DNA of 64,000 nucleotides, from assembly GCA_016192455.1 (NCBI GenBank), contig JACPUC010000017.1, forward strand, positions 1-64,000, written 5' to 3'. The stretch comes from Candidatus Tectimicrobiota bacterium. Lineage in GTDB: Bacteria; JACPUC01. The translations under genes and the position numbers were made by a program. Below, one piece after another: positions 8,288 to 17,178 of this stretch. The notes beneath the pieces are model-generated. The model ran no database searches, was not told the origin of the DNA, and saw only the letters and a list, made by a program, of their open reading frames with translations. Within the stretch, counting starts at the first letter, position 1. The number at the start of each line of letters is the position of its first letter.

Positions 8288-9643
8288 TTACAACACCCCC
8301 AGCAGCTCCACCACGCTGCGCAGGCGAATGATCTCCAGCCCTCGCGCGGCTTGCTCGGCGATGCTGCTCGCCTGCGGCACGAGGGCGCGGTGGAAGCCGA
8401 GCTTGGCCGCTTCCTTCAGGCGCGCCTCCACCTGGCTGACGCTGCGCACCTCGCCCGCCAGGCCTAGCTCCCCGAACACAACCGTGCCGGGGGCGATGGG
8501 GCGATCCAGGAAGCTCGAGGCCAGCACCGCGGCGATGCCGAGGTCGGCGGCGGGCTCCGACAGGCGCGCCCCGCCCGCCACGTTGGCGAAGATGTCGCAG
8601 CCGTGCAGGTGCAGGCCGCCGCGCTTCTCAAGGATGGCGACGATGAGGGAGAGGCGCGCGGCATCGACGCCGGTGGCCATGCGCCGCGGGTTCGCCAGGC
8701 CGCTCGTGGTGACCAGGCCCTGCAGCTCCACCAGGAGCGGCCGCGACCCCTCCAGACTGGCCGTCACGGCGCTTCCCGGCGCCCCCTCGGCGCGCTCCGC
8801 GAGGAAGAGCTGCGATGGGTTCTCCACCTCGATCAACCCGGCGGCCCCCATCTCGAAGACGCCGATCTCGTTCGTGGAGCCGTGGCGGTTCTTCACGGCG
8901 CGTAGGATGCGGCAGGCGTGGCCGCTGTCGGCCTCGAAGTAAAGGACCGTATCGACCATGTGCTCGAGCACCTTGGGTCCGGCGATGGCGCCGTCCTTCG
9001 TGACGTGGCCGATGAGGACGATCGGCATGCCGAAACGGCGCGCCCAGGTGATGAGCTGCGCCGCCACCTCGCGGAGCTGGCTGATGCTCCCCGGCGCGGA
9101 CTCGAGCTTGCTGCTGTAAACGGTCTGGATGGAGTCGATGACGAGGCAAGCGGGCGCGGCACTCTTCACGGTCGGCAGGATGTCCTCGAGGCAGGCCTCC
9201 GCCAAGACGAGCAGCGGCTCGACGAGGACGCCGAGGCGCTCGCCCCTCAGGCGGGTTTGCTGCGCCGACTCCTCGCCGGCCACGTAGAGGACCCCGTGCC
9301 CCGCCCGGCTGAGCGCGCCGGAGCACTGCAGCAGCAGCGTCGACTTGCCGATGCCGGGATCGCCCCCCACCAGCACCACGGAGCCGGGCACCAGGCCGCC
9401 GCCGAGCACCCGGTCGAGCTCGGCGATGCCGCTCACCAGGCGATGCTCGGCGCCCCCCGCGATGGCGGTGATGGGCTGGGCCCGGGGCGGCTCGCCGGCG
9501 CTGGCCCGCCGCTCACTGTCGCCCGCCGCCTGGCGTTCCTCGACGAGGCTGCCCCACGAGCCGCAGCCGGGGCAGCGGCCCAACCAGCGCGGCTCGATCG
9601 TGCCGCAGCTCTGGCAGATGAAGTGCGTCTTTTCGCGGGCCAT
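8288..9643 (-). CDS. radA: DNA repair protein RadA/Sms
   Basis: N-terminal CQSC..CPGC zinc finger, GDPGIGKST Walker A, KNRHG motif, Lon-like C-terminus. Confidence 0.97.
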   Translation of the reverse strand: MAREKTHFICQSCGTIEPRWLGRCPGCGSWGSLVEERQAAGDSERRASAGEPPRAQPITAIAGGAEHRLVSGIAELDRVLGGGLVPGSVVLVGGDPGIGKSTLLLQCSGALSRAGHGVLYVAGEESAQQTRLRGERLGVLVEPLLVLAEACLEDILPTVKSAAPACLVIDSIQTVYSSKLESAPGSISQLREVAAQLITWARRFGMPIVLIGHVTKDGAIAGPKVLEHMVDTVLYFEADSGHACRILRAVKNRHGSTNEIGVFEMGAAGLIEVENPSQLFLAERAEGAPGSAVTASLEGSRPLLVELQGLVTTSGLANPRRMATGVDAARLSLIVAILEKRGGLHLHGCDIFANVAGGARLSEPAADLGIAAVLASSFLDRPIAPGTVVFGELGLAGEVRSVSQVEARLKEAAKLGFHRALVPQASSIAEQAARGLEIIRLRSVVELLGVL

Positions 9644-9682
9644 GGAAATGCCGGACACGCCTGGGGTTGGAGACAGGAGAAC

Positions 9683-9776
9683 TTGCGAGGAGCACTGCCC
9701 CTCGCGCGCCCTTCCACGCGAGGGCGCCCTGCGCACTCGCGGAGGCTGGAGGTGTAGGAGAGCGAGGGTCCCTCAC
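9683..9776 (+). repeat. Three-hairpin interspersed repeat, copy 1 (degenerate)
   Basis: ttgcgaggagcactgcccctcgcgc...cgcgag...ctgcgcactcgcgg...ggtgtaggagagcgagggtccc aligns with copies 2-4. Confidence 0.65.
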
Positions 9777-9883
9777 AAAAGATCCCTACAGTAGACCTCT
9801 CTATTTAAAGAATGCCGGATCCGTTCGCAGTCTTCAATTGGTTCACTCATCCGGTGCTTCCGGCTCAGCCCTGGGAACTGCTC

Positions 9884-10105
9884 CTATCCTGGCACCTGAT
9901 AGATGATCGGACGGTAACGGGGAGGAGGTGCCGCCTTACCTTCAGCCTGAGCTGCGTCAAGCCAGGCCTTCTTGGCTTCCTCGACCTGCCGAAGGGCTTC
10001 TTCGGCTGTCTCGCCAAAGGCACTACAGGAGGCAAGGTCTGGAATATCAGCGATGTAGCCGCCATCCTCTTCGCTGTAGAAGATATTGATGTGATAATCG
10101 CTCAT
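9884..10105 (-). CDS. hicB: HicB-family antitoxin (short form)
   Basis: YHINIFYSEEDGGYIADIPDLASCSAFGETAEEAL matches the HicB N-terminal fold; ATGA overlap with the upstream hicA-like frame. Confidence 0.88.
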   Translation of the reverse strand: MSDYHINIFYSEEDGGYIADIPDLASCSAFGETAEEALRQVEEAKKAWLDAAQAEGKAAPPPRYRPIIYQVPG

Positions 10106-10359
10106 GCCTCTTCCTTCACTTGAAGGTTATACTTCTCCACCAGTCGCAAGAACTGCCGAATCTGACACGGTTTCGCTTCTCCCTTGACCTCTTGGAGATT
10201 CAGGAGTTCTTCGATGTCTCCGTGACTCTAGATATGATGACTGCCGCTGCAACGAACAAGGCGGAAGCCGTATGCTTCCGCCAGGTTTCGCATATCGGCA
10301 AATGACACATTATGCACCGCCCCTCGCACCAGTCGTTCGAGAAGCCCCCTGCGACTCAT
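10102..10359 (-). pseudogene. hicA: HicA-family toxin interrupted by an in-frame TAG at codon 44
   Basis: Manual translation MSRRGLLERLVRGAVHNVSFADMRNLAEAYGFRLVRCSGSHHI*SHGDIEELLNLQEVKGEAKPCQIRQFLRLVEKYNLQVKEEA; GSHH motif; TAG at 10228-10230. Confidence 0.85.
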
Positions 10360-10510
10360 CGTGCCCTGTTCCGCATCTAATATCTCAGCTCACTACCTAT
10401 GTTGTCCGAGATACCGCACCGGCCAAGCCTGATTTGGACAAGAGCGCCCACACCAAGAAGTTTTTGATGGATCGGGTTCGCAGAACGATTCTCGCCACAT
10501 CTCCCTACCG

Positions 10511-11026
10511 TCACTCTCCCGGCCGCTCGTAGGCGCCGCTTTTGCCGCCGCTCTTGCGCACCAGGCGCACGTCGCTGATGGTCATGCCCTTGTCGAGGGC
10601 TTTGCACATGTCGTAGATGGTCAGCGCCGCCACGGAAACAGCGGTCATCGCCTCCATCTCGACGCCGGTCTTGCCGGTGAGGCTGGCCGTGGCTTCGATG
10701 TCGATGCAGCCCGCGGCGGCGTTGAGGCGGAACTGCACGGCCACTACGTCGAGCGCCAGCGGATGGCAGAGGGGGATGAGGTCGCCGGTGCGCTTCGCCG
10801 CCAAGATGCCCGCCACGCGCGCCACCTCGAAGACGTTCCCCTTGGCGACGGCGTTGGACTCGATGGCCCGCAGCGTCTCCGCCGAGGCGTAGACCCGCCC
10901 GCGCGCCGTGGCGCTGCGCGCCGTGGCCGCCTTCGCCCCCACGTCCACCATGCGCGAACGCCCCTCCTCGTCGAGGTGGGTGAACGAGGTGACGGACCGC
11001 GGCGGTCGAGTTTTCCTGTCGCTCAT
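10511..11026 (-). CDS. moaC: Cyclic pyranopterin monophosphate synthase MoaC
   Basis: FTHLDEEGRSRMVDV, LIPLCHPL, TGVEMEAMTAVSVAALTIYDMCKALD. Confidence 0.97.
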   Translation of the reverse strand: MSDRKTRPPRSVTSFTHLDEEGRSRMVDVGAKAATARSATARGRVYASAETLRAIESNAVAKGNVFEVARVAGILAAKRTGDLIPLCHPLALDVVAVQFRLNAAAGCIDIEATASLTGKTGVEMEAMTAVSVAALTIYDMCKALDKGMTISDVRLVRKSGGKSGAYERPGE

Positions 11027-11061
11027 CGCTGTGTCTTTCGCAGGCATCTTTAAGAAGGTTC

Positions 11062-11170
11062 GTGGGGGACCCGTGCTCCCCCAGACCCCCCTTTCCCCGC
11101 GAGCTGCGCAGCAGCTTGCGTAAGCGGGGTGCGCGCGGAACATTGTTCCGGGGGCACGGCTCCCTCGCAA
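11062..11170 (-). repeat. Three-hairpin interspersed repeat, copy 2 (extra ggaacattgttcc palindrome inserted)
   Basis: Near-identical to 11250-11341. Confidence 0.85.
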
Positions 11171-11249
11171 GAAACTTCGACTGAATCACCAACAGGGTAT
11201 GCAATGATGCGGCAAGACGCAACAACCACCGAAATGCGGATTTGTTCCG

Positions 11250-11341
11250 GTGGACCCGTGCTCCCCCACACCCCCATTCCCCGCGAGCTGCGCAGCAGTT
11301 CGCGTAACCGGGGTGCGCGAGGGGGCACGGCTCCCTCGCAA
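11250..11341 (-). repeat. Three-hairpin interspersed repeat, copy 3
   Basis: ggacccgtgctcccccacacccccattccccgcgagctgcgcagcagttcgcgtaaccggggtgcgcgagggggcacggctccctcgcaa. Confidence 0.85.
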
Positions 11342-11378
11342 AAAAACTCGACTGGATAACAGAGAGGCAACATGAGCG

Positions 11379-11939
11379 CTACGGGCACGCCAGCGTGATG
11401 CCGTTGCTGGCCTGGTAGCGTCCGGCCTTGTCGGCGTAGGAGCGCAGGCAGGGTTCGTCGCCTTCGATGAAGAGGAGCTGGGCGATGCCGGCGCCGGCGT
11501 GCAGGCGGGCGGGAAGTGGCGAGGCGTTGCTGATCTCGAGGGTGGCGTGACCTTCCCACTCCGGCTCGAAGGGGGTGAGGGTGACGATGATGCCGCAGCG
11601 CACGTAGGTGCTCTTGCCAAACCCGATGGCAATGACGCCGCGCGGGATGCGGAAATACTCCAGGCTGCGCGCCAAGACGAAGGCGTTCGGGGGGATGAGG
11701 CAGCTCGCGCCGCGCACCTCCTCAAGCAGCTCCGGCTCGAACGCCAACGGATCGACGACGCTCCCCTGCCGCGGCGCAAAGACGCGAAACTCATCGGCAA
11801 GCCGCAGATCATACCCATACGCCGACAGCCCGTGCGACACACCCCGACCCGGCCCGCACCGCCCCTCCTCGGCGAACGGCTCAATCATCCGCGCCGAACG
11901 CGCCATCTCCCGTATCCACCGGTCAGATTTGACGGGCAT
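11379..11939 (-). CDS. dcd: dCTP deaminase
   Basis: SDRWIRE..MIEPF, GLSAYGYDLRL, GKSTYVRCGI, TPFEPEWEG.ATLEISN, SYADKAGRYQ. Confidence 0.95.
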   Translation of the reverse strand: MPVKSDRWIREMARSARMIEPFAEEGRCGPGRGVSHGLSAYGYDLRLADEFRVFAPRQGSVVDPLAFEPELLEEVRGASCLIPPNAFVLARSLEYFRIPRGVIAIGFGKSTYVRCGIIVTLTPFEPEWEGHATLEISNASPLPARLHAGAGIAQLLFIEGDEPCLRSYADKAGRYQASNGITLACP

Positions 11940-11992
11940 GAGCCTCTCTTATCTCAGAAAGGGGCGGGGCATTTTTTTCTTGGAAGAACGAG

Positions 11993-12090
11993 GCGAGGGG
12001 ACCTCGTCCCCTCGCGCACCCCATCTACGCGAGTTGCTGCGCAACTCGCGGGAGCTGGGGGTATGGGGGAGGCAGGGCCGCCCCTCCTCA
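11993..12090 (+). repeat. Three-hairpin interspersed repeat, copy 4
   Basis: gcgaggggac-ctc-gtcccctcgc, cgcgagttgc-tgc-gcaactcgcg, ggggga...cctcc; inverted relative to copies 2 and 3. Confidence 0.8.
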
Positions 12091-12143
12091 CCAAGGATTC
12101 TCTTAACACCTTTCAATAGGCTTCGCTTGGTAGGTTGACGACA

Positions 12144-13283
12144 TCAGTGAGGTTGGTCGTCTCCCAACCATGCTTGTAGGCTCAATCGGTGTTTTTGTAG
12201 AACTCGCCGGCCAACAATCATTTGTCGCTCAGAGGGAGAGTTATCATCGGGAATTAACCTGCTCGCTTTCGCCAACTCCTCATCCTCCTCATTCGTGATT
12301 CCCGGTGTAACCCCGGAAGAACTGAGTCTTTCGCGTGAATCATCCGGAGGATTGACCATTTCACCTAAGAGTTGAATCTCATCAGCGCTGAGCAGAGACC
12401 TACTAGAAGGTGTCCTAAGTAATCTTACGCCTGAGGAATCTTGAAAATATTCGAATAATAGCACTCCTGACAATCTGGATTGCCCAAGAAGATTATCAAG
12501 TTCATCAACCACCAACTCAACCATCGCTTCATCCGGACTGCCAATCCTTCCTGAGAGAGCCAAAAAAAGCACGCCAGCATCGCAATCCCCAATTAGTCCA
12601 AGTTGTCTTCCACACTTGAGTTTCTTTTCAAAGGCCCTTAATACCCGTCTTGCCAGCGGACCCGTAGGTTTGCAGGCCGGCCCAAGACCGCTAATATCAT
12701 TTTTTGAGAAACTAAATGCTGTCGCCTCAACACAACACCACCGTCCGCTAACTTTAAATCTTGCGTCAACTGTACTATGTCTGTCCCCAACTTCTGGATA
12801 AAGCTCAAAGGCTACATTATTGTCGATACATACTTCTACCAACCTTCCTATGCTCAGAATTTCGAAGATAGCACCATCCCTGTGATAGTTCTGATTACTG
12901 TTTAACCTTCCTGTTGTTTTACAGAATTCTTTAATTTGATTTTCCGTCTTACAATATCCTCGTAGTAGAGTTATTCTAGCACTCAATTCCGAAATCAAAC
13001 CACAAAAACTCCTGAAACTTTCAAGCTTTTCGAGTGCCTCAATTCCAAACATATTATCTGGCGGTAATGATTTTCTCGTTTCCTCCACCATCCTAAAGTA
13101 TTCCAAGCACCACTCTTCATCAAGCCACTTGCGTAATGGCTCACATCTGTCCATTTGACTCCGCACAGCGGAGAGAAGCTCACGGAGAGCTTCCTGTACC
13201 GCTTTGCCTCGCGTAAGTTCTTCTTCGGGATTAAGTTCTTGCAATCTCACAGCCCTAATTTTTAGCAGACATTCTTGATCCAC
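12144..13283 (-). CDS. Low-GC hypothetical protein of about 379 aa, possible PD-(D/E)xK nuclease-like domain
   Basis: Long ORF in ~42% GC DNA (counted over 12781-12840); AIFEILS...STVDARF...CVEAT pattern; GTG start at 13283 assumed because the upstream in-frame part overlaps another ORF. Confidence 0.65.
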   Translation of the reverse strand: MDQECLLKIRAVRLQELNPEEELTRGKAVQEALRELLSAVRSQMDRCEPLRKWLDEEWCLEYFRMVEETRKSLPPDNMFGIEALEKLESFRSFCGLISELSARITLLRGYCKTENQIKEFCKTTGRLNSNQNYHRDGAIFEILSIGRLVEVCIDNNVAFELYPEVGDRHSTVDARFKVSGRWCCVEATAFSFSKNDISGLGPACKPTGPLARRVLRAFEKKLKCGRQLGLIGDCDAGVLFLALSGRIGSPDEAMVELVVDELDNLLGQSRLSGVLLFEYFQDSSGVRLLRTPSSRSLLSADEIQLLGEMVNPPDDSRERLSSSGVTPGITNEEDEELAKASRLIPDDNSPSERQMIVGRRVLQKHRLSLQAWLGDDQPH

Positions 13284-13290
13284 ATAAGGA

Positions 13291-13596
13291 TCACGCCCCC
13301 ACAAATCTCGGGAACTGCTTGCAGGCGGCGTGCAGGACGCGGTCGTTGCAGACGTAGAAGTAGCGCACGCCGCGGTGGATACAGCTTGAGTAGGCGTAGT
13401 CGTCGCGCAGCAGGTCGAGGGTGATCGCAAAGGAGTGCTCCCAGCGCCAGCCGTCGCGGTGCAGGGAAACCTCCAGGGCCTCGCCCGAGGGCAAGTCCCC
13501 GGAGAAGCTGAGCTGGATACCAGGATCGTAGGAGGCGATATCTTCGCGCACTTTCCGCTCCACCAACGCAACCTCGGCTGCGGTTGAACGTATCAA
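13291..13596 (-). CDS. Hypothetical protein of about 101 aa
   Basis: GC3-rich host-like codon usage; GGAGG RBS before the TTG at 13596. Confidence 0.55.
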   Translation of the reverse strand: MIRSTAAEVALVERKVREDIASYDPGIQLSFSGDLPSGEALEVSLHRDGWRWEHSFAITLDLLRDDYAYSSCIHRGVRYFYVCNDRVLHAACKQFPRFVGA

Positions 13597-13662
13597 GCCT
13601 CTTCCTCCATGCAACGGTACCGCTTCAGCCTGTCTGCGAATGAACCCTTCTCATCCTTCCTT

Positions 13663-13986
13663 TCACTTGAGAACCTTGTTGACCTCATGGAGTAGTCTTT
13701 TACAGCAATAGTCAACCGACTTGGATGAACCAAGGAACCTAACGTGTGGTCTTTGATGGTGAACAGGACAACGAAGCGATAAGAGTTTCCGTTGCAACTC
13801 TTCTTCAACGAATTTCAGAGCGGACTGGTGGATAGCACGGCCGAAGGTGCTCGGAGAAACTTTTCGCCCATTGAGCTTGAATTCTTCCTGGAACGTAAAC
13901 ACAGCTCTCTTCTCGGCTAAAACTGCACAAGGATCAGGCGTTTCGGTGTGAAGGACGGGCATTGCAGGCAGTAGTTTTGGAAACAA
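13663..13986 (-). CDS. Small hypothetical protein with CPxH...CC motif
   Basis: FKLNGRKV...LRCPVHHQRP...YCCKRLL; true start may be a downstream GTG. Confidence 0.55.
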   Translation of the reverse strand: MFPKLLPAMPVLHTETPDPCAVLAEKRAVFTFQEEFKLNGRKVSPSTFGRAIHQSALKFVEEELQRKLLSLRCPVHHQRPHVRFLGSSKSVDYCCKRLLHEVNKVLK

Positions 13987-14157
13987 CTTGCCCGCATGAA
14001 CATACGCCGTTGTTCCAGATGCCGGCAGTCGGGCTGTTCATCTCCAGGGGGACTCATGGAACTTCCTATCAAGGAGTTGTTGGGGAGAATCCCGTAGACG
14101 GCGTAGGCACAGCTCTCCCCTCTTTCCTGAGCGCCACGATCCAGCGCGGACATCTTC

Positions 14158-14424
14158 TTAGTCCCTTTCCCCTGCCCGCTCCATGGCGCCGAGGCGCTGC
14201 TCGATGGCGGCGCGCAGGGCGGCGTCATCAAGTCTCCCTTCGCGGCTCAGGTAGAACTCGCTGGGGCTACGCCAGCCCTCCTTGGAGAGGACGATGCGTA
14301 CGATGCCGCCGGGAGACCCTGCCCGCTCGTCCGAGCGCACCTTCACCCGCGCGTCGATGGCCTGCACGGTCTGCGTGATCAGCCCCGTCACGCCGCCATT
14401 CACCGCACCTGACGCTTCCGGCAT
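14158..14424 (-). CDS. Hypothetical protein of 88 aa downstream of nrdJ
   Basis: ATG 18 bp after the nrdJ stop, purine-rich RBS, host-like codon usage. Confidence 0.6.
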   Translation of the reverse strand: MPEASGAVNGGVTGLITQTVQAIDARVKVRSDERAGSPGGIVRIVLSKEGWRSPSEFYLSREGRLDDAALRAAIEQRLGAMERAGERD

Positions 14425-14442
14425 GGGAAATCCCTTTCTCTC

Positions 14443-17178
14443 TTAATTACACCTTGAGAACCCGCAGTTCTTGCAGACGAAGCAGCCGTCGAGCGGTTCG
14501 AGCATGTGCGAGCAGTCGGGGCAGACGGCGAGGAGATCGGTGGCCGGGGGGCCCGCTTTCAGGAAGCTGACGGCCTGCACGTCGCGCGCCGGCAGGGGCG
14601 CCTCGGCGTTGATCTTCAGGTGGTGCCCCAGGGCCTTGCCGATGGCGTCCGGCACCGACTGGATGAGTTCCCCGTCGTACCACACCTGGCGCCCGCACTG
14701 GATGCCCAGGAGCTGCTTGACGATGACCTGCGGATCGACGCCGGAGCGCAGGGCGATGGAGATGATGCGGCCGAGCGCCTCGGTGAGGGAGTTGACCAGG
14801 CTGCCGCTCTTGCCGAGCTGCAGGAAGACCTCGGCGATGCCGAAGTCGTCGCGGTTCAGCGTGATGTAGAGGTCGCCGTCGGCCGTCGGGATGCGCTCGG
14901 TGTCGCCTTGCAGGCGGCGGCTGCGGGCACGCAGAGAGGCGTACTTCGATGTGCTCGGCGCCGCGCTCGACACCAGTTCGGCGCTCTTGGCCTCTCCCGA
15001 CCCCGGCTTGGCCGCGCCGGCGGCCTTTTCCAGGCCTCGGCCCGCCACGGCCTGGCCTGCGGGCGCGGCAGCCTGTTCGCCAGGTTTGCCGAGGTTGAGC
15101 ACCTGCCCCTCGCGGCTGCCGTCGCGGTAGATCGTCACCCCCTTGCAGCCGAGCTTGTAGGCCAAGCGGTAGACCTCCGCCACGTTCTGCTCCGTCGCGT
15201 CATGGGGGAAGTTCACCGTTTTGCTCACGGCGTTATCGGTAAACTCCTGGAACGCCGCCTGCATGCGGATGTGCCACTGGGGCGTGATGTCGTGCGCCGT
15301 GGCGAAGAGCCGCTGGAGGTCCTCCGGCACCTCCGCCAGGCCGCGCACGCCGCCGCGCTCCGCCACCTTCTCCATCAGCTCCGGGCTGGCCAGGCCGCGC
15401 GCCCGCGCCGCCTCCTCGAAGAGGGGGTTCACCTCGACGAGGTGGTCGTTGTCCATGACGTTGCGCCAGTAGCTCAGGGCGAAAAGCGGCTCGACGCCGC
15501 TGCTGCAGCCGGCGATGATGCTGATGGTGCCGGTTGGCGCGATGGTGGTCACCGTGCTGTTGCGCTGCAGCGGCTCGCCCTGCTGGTCCCAGAGGCTGCC
15601 GGGGAAGTTCGGGAAAGCTCCGCGCCGGCACGTCAGCTCGCGCGAGGCCTCTTTGGCCTCGAGGTGGATGAAAGCCATCAGCTCCTTCGCCTGGGCGATC
15701 GCCTCCTCGGAGTCATACGGGATGCCCAGCCGCACGAGCATATCCGCAAAGCCCATCACCCCCAGGCCGATGCGGCGGTTGGCGCGCGTCATGGCCTCGA
15801 TCTGCGGCAGCGGGTAGTTGTTCACCTCCACGACGTTGTCGAGGAAATGCACCGCCTTCCAGGTGGTGTCGCGCAGCTTCTCCCAATCGACCTCCCAGGT
15901 CGCCGCCTCCGACCCTGCCTGCCGGGAGCGCGCCCGCCCATGAGGCGCCGCGGCATCGCCGGCCTCCACCCGCCGCACCATCCGCGCCAGGTTGATGGAG
16001 CCGAGGTTGCACGACTCGTACGGCAGCAGCGGCTGCTCGCCGCAGGGGTTGGTGCTCTCCATCTCGCCGAGCTTGGGCGTCGGGTTGTCGCGGTTGATGC
16101 GATCCAGGAAGACGATCCCCGGGTCGCCGTGCTGCCAAGCCTGGCGCACCATGAGGGTGAACACCTTGCGGGCGCTGAGCTTCTTGCGCACCTTCTTGGT
16201 GTGCGGCTCGACGAGCTCGTACTCCTCATCCCGCTCCACGGCCTGCATGAAGCGCTCCGTGAGCGCCACCGAGATGTTGAAGTTTGTCACCTCCTGCCGG
16301 CTGCTCTTGCAGGTGATGAACTCCAGGATGTCCGGGTGGTCCACCCGCAGAATCCCCATGTTGGCGCCGCGCCGCGTCCCCCCCTGCTTGATCGCTTCGG
16401 TGGCGGCGTTGAAGACCTTCATGAAGGACACCGGGCCGCTCGACACGCCCCCCGTGGTGCGCACCGTGCTCCCCTTCGGCCGCAGCCGCGAGAAGGCGAA
16501 GCCGGTGCCGCCGCCGCTCTTGTGGATGAGCGCCGTGTCCTTGATGGTCTCGAAGATGCGCTCCAGCGAGTCATCGACCGGCAGCACGAAGCAGGCCGAG
16601 AGCTGCCCCAGGTCGCGCCCGGCGTTCATCAGCGTCGGCGAGTTCGGCAAGAACTCGAGGTTCGCCATCAGGGCGTAGAACTCGCGCGCCGTCTCCTCGA
16701 GGCGCTGCGGGGCGTAGGGCGCGTCCCCCTTGGCGATGTGCGCCGCCACGCGGCGGAACATCTCCTCCGGCGTCTCCACCGGTGCGCCGTTCTCATCCTT
16801 CGCCAGGTAGCGCCGCTCCAGCACTCGCAGCGCGTTCTCCGTCAGGTCGAGCGCCGCGCCAGCTTCTGCCTTCCCCGCCTGAGCCTGGGCGCGCGCCGCC
16901 ATCTTGGCCTCAACCATCTGGCCGATGAGCAGGTTGGGAATCAGGGTGAGCTTCAACCGGCGCAGCTCCTCTTCGATCTCCCGGCTCATGGCGCGCGCCT
17001 CCGTAGCGCTGAGTCCACGGCCTCTCTCCAAGCTGCGGGCCAGCCGCTCACCATCCCACGCCCCGGCCGCTGCCCCCTCGGCAAGCACCGTCAGCGACGG
17101 ACACGACGAGACCTCCGCCTCTCCCGTGCGGCTCGCCGGCGAGTCCACCGCAGTCGTGTGAGAAGTCTTGCGCTCCAT
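14443..17178 (-). CDS. nrdJ: Adenosylcobalamin-dependent class II ribonucleotide reductase (ATP-cone, TSCPD and Zn-ribbon domains)
   Basis: FLPNSPTLMNAG, LSACFV, TNPCGEQPL, IAPTGTISI, AVSKTVN, KGVTIYRDGSR, C-terminal CPDC..C..CGFSRC. Confidence 0.95.
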   Translation of the reverse strand: MERKTSHTTAVDSPASRTGEAEVSSCPSLTVLAEGAAAGAWDGERLARSLERGRGLSATEARAMSREIEEELRRLKLTLIPNLLIGQMVEAKMAARAQAQAGKAEAGAALDLTENALRVLERRYLAKDENGAPVETPEEMFRRVAAHIAKGDAPYAPQRLEETAREFYALMANLEFLPNSPTLMNAGRDLGQLSACFVLPVDDSLERIFETIKDTALIHKSGGGTGFAFSRLRPKGSTVRTTGGVSSGPVSFMKVFNAATEAIKQGGTRRGANMGILRVDHPDILEFITCKSSRQEVTNFNISVALTERFMQAVERDEEYELVEPHTKKVRKKLSARKVFTLMVRQAWQHGDPGIVFLDRINRDNPTPKLGEMESTNPCGEQPLLPYESCNLGSINLARMVRRVEAGDAAAPHGRARSRQAGSEAATWEVDWEKLRDTTWKAVHFLDNVVEVNNYPLPQIEAMTRANRRIGLGVMGFADMLVRLGIPYDSEEAIAQAKELMAFIHLEAKEASRELTCRRGAFPNFPGSLWDQQGEPLQRNSTVTTIAPTGTISIIAGCSSGVEPLFALSYWRNVMDNDHLVEVNPLFEEAARARGLASPELMEKVAERGGVRGLAEVPEDLQRLFATAHDITPQWHIRMQAAFQEFTDNAVSKTVNFPHDATEQNVAEVYRLAYKLGCKGVTIYRDGSREGQVLNLGKPGEQAAAPAGQAVAGRGLEKAAGAAKPGSGEAKSAELVSSAAPSTSKYASLRARSRRLQGDTERIPTADGDLYITLNRDDFGIAEVFLQLGKSGSLVNSLTEALGRIISIALRSGVDPQVIVKQLLGIQCGRQVWYDGELIQSVPDAIGKALGHHLKINAEAPLPARDVQAVSFLKAGPPATDLLAVCPDCSHMLEPLDGCFVCKNCGFSRCN

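Noticed and set aside
10228..10230. Pyrrolysine or amber recoding in hicA
   Set aside because: TAG is the normal stop of several core genes here; a simple nonsense mutation is more parsimonious.
11062..11341. Tandem repeat-spacer-repeat as a CRISPR array
   Set aside because: Units are about 90-110 bp, only two are in tandem, and there are no cas genes in the window.
13284..13571. N-terminal 96 aa of the track's 475-aa ORF (12144-13571)
   Set aside because: It overlaps the 13291-13596 ORF in another frame and lies outside the low-GC segment; likely spurious read-through of the frame.
14443..17178. Intein or intron in nrdJ (also considered for recA)
   Set aside because: Core motifs are contiguous, the insertions are short and low-complexity, and there are no intein splice motifs.
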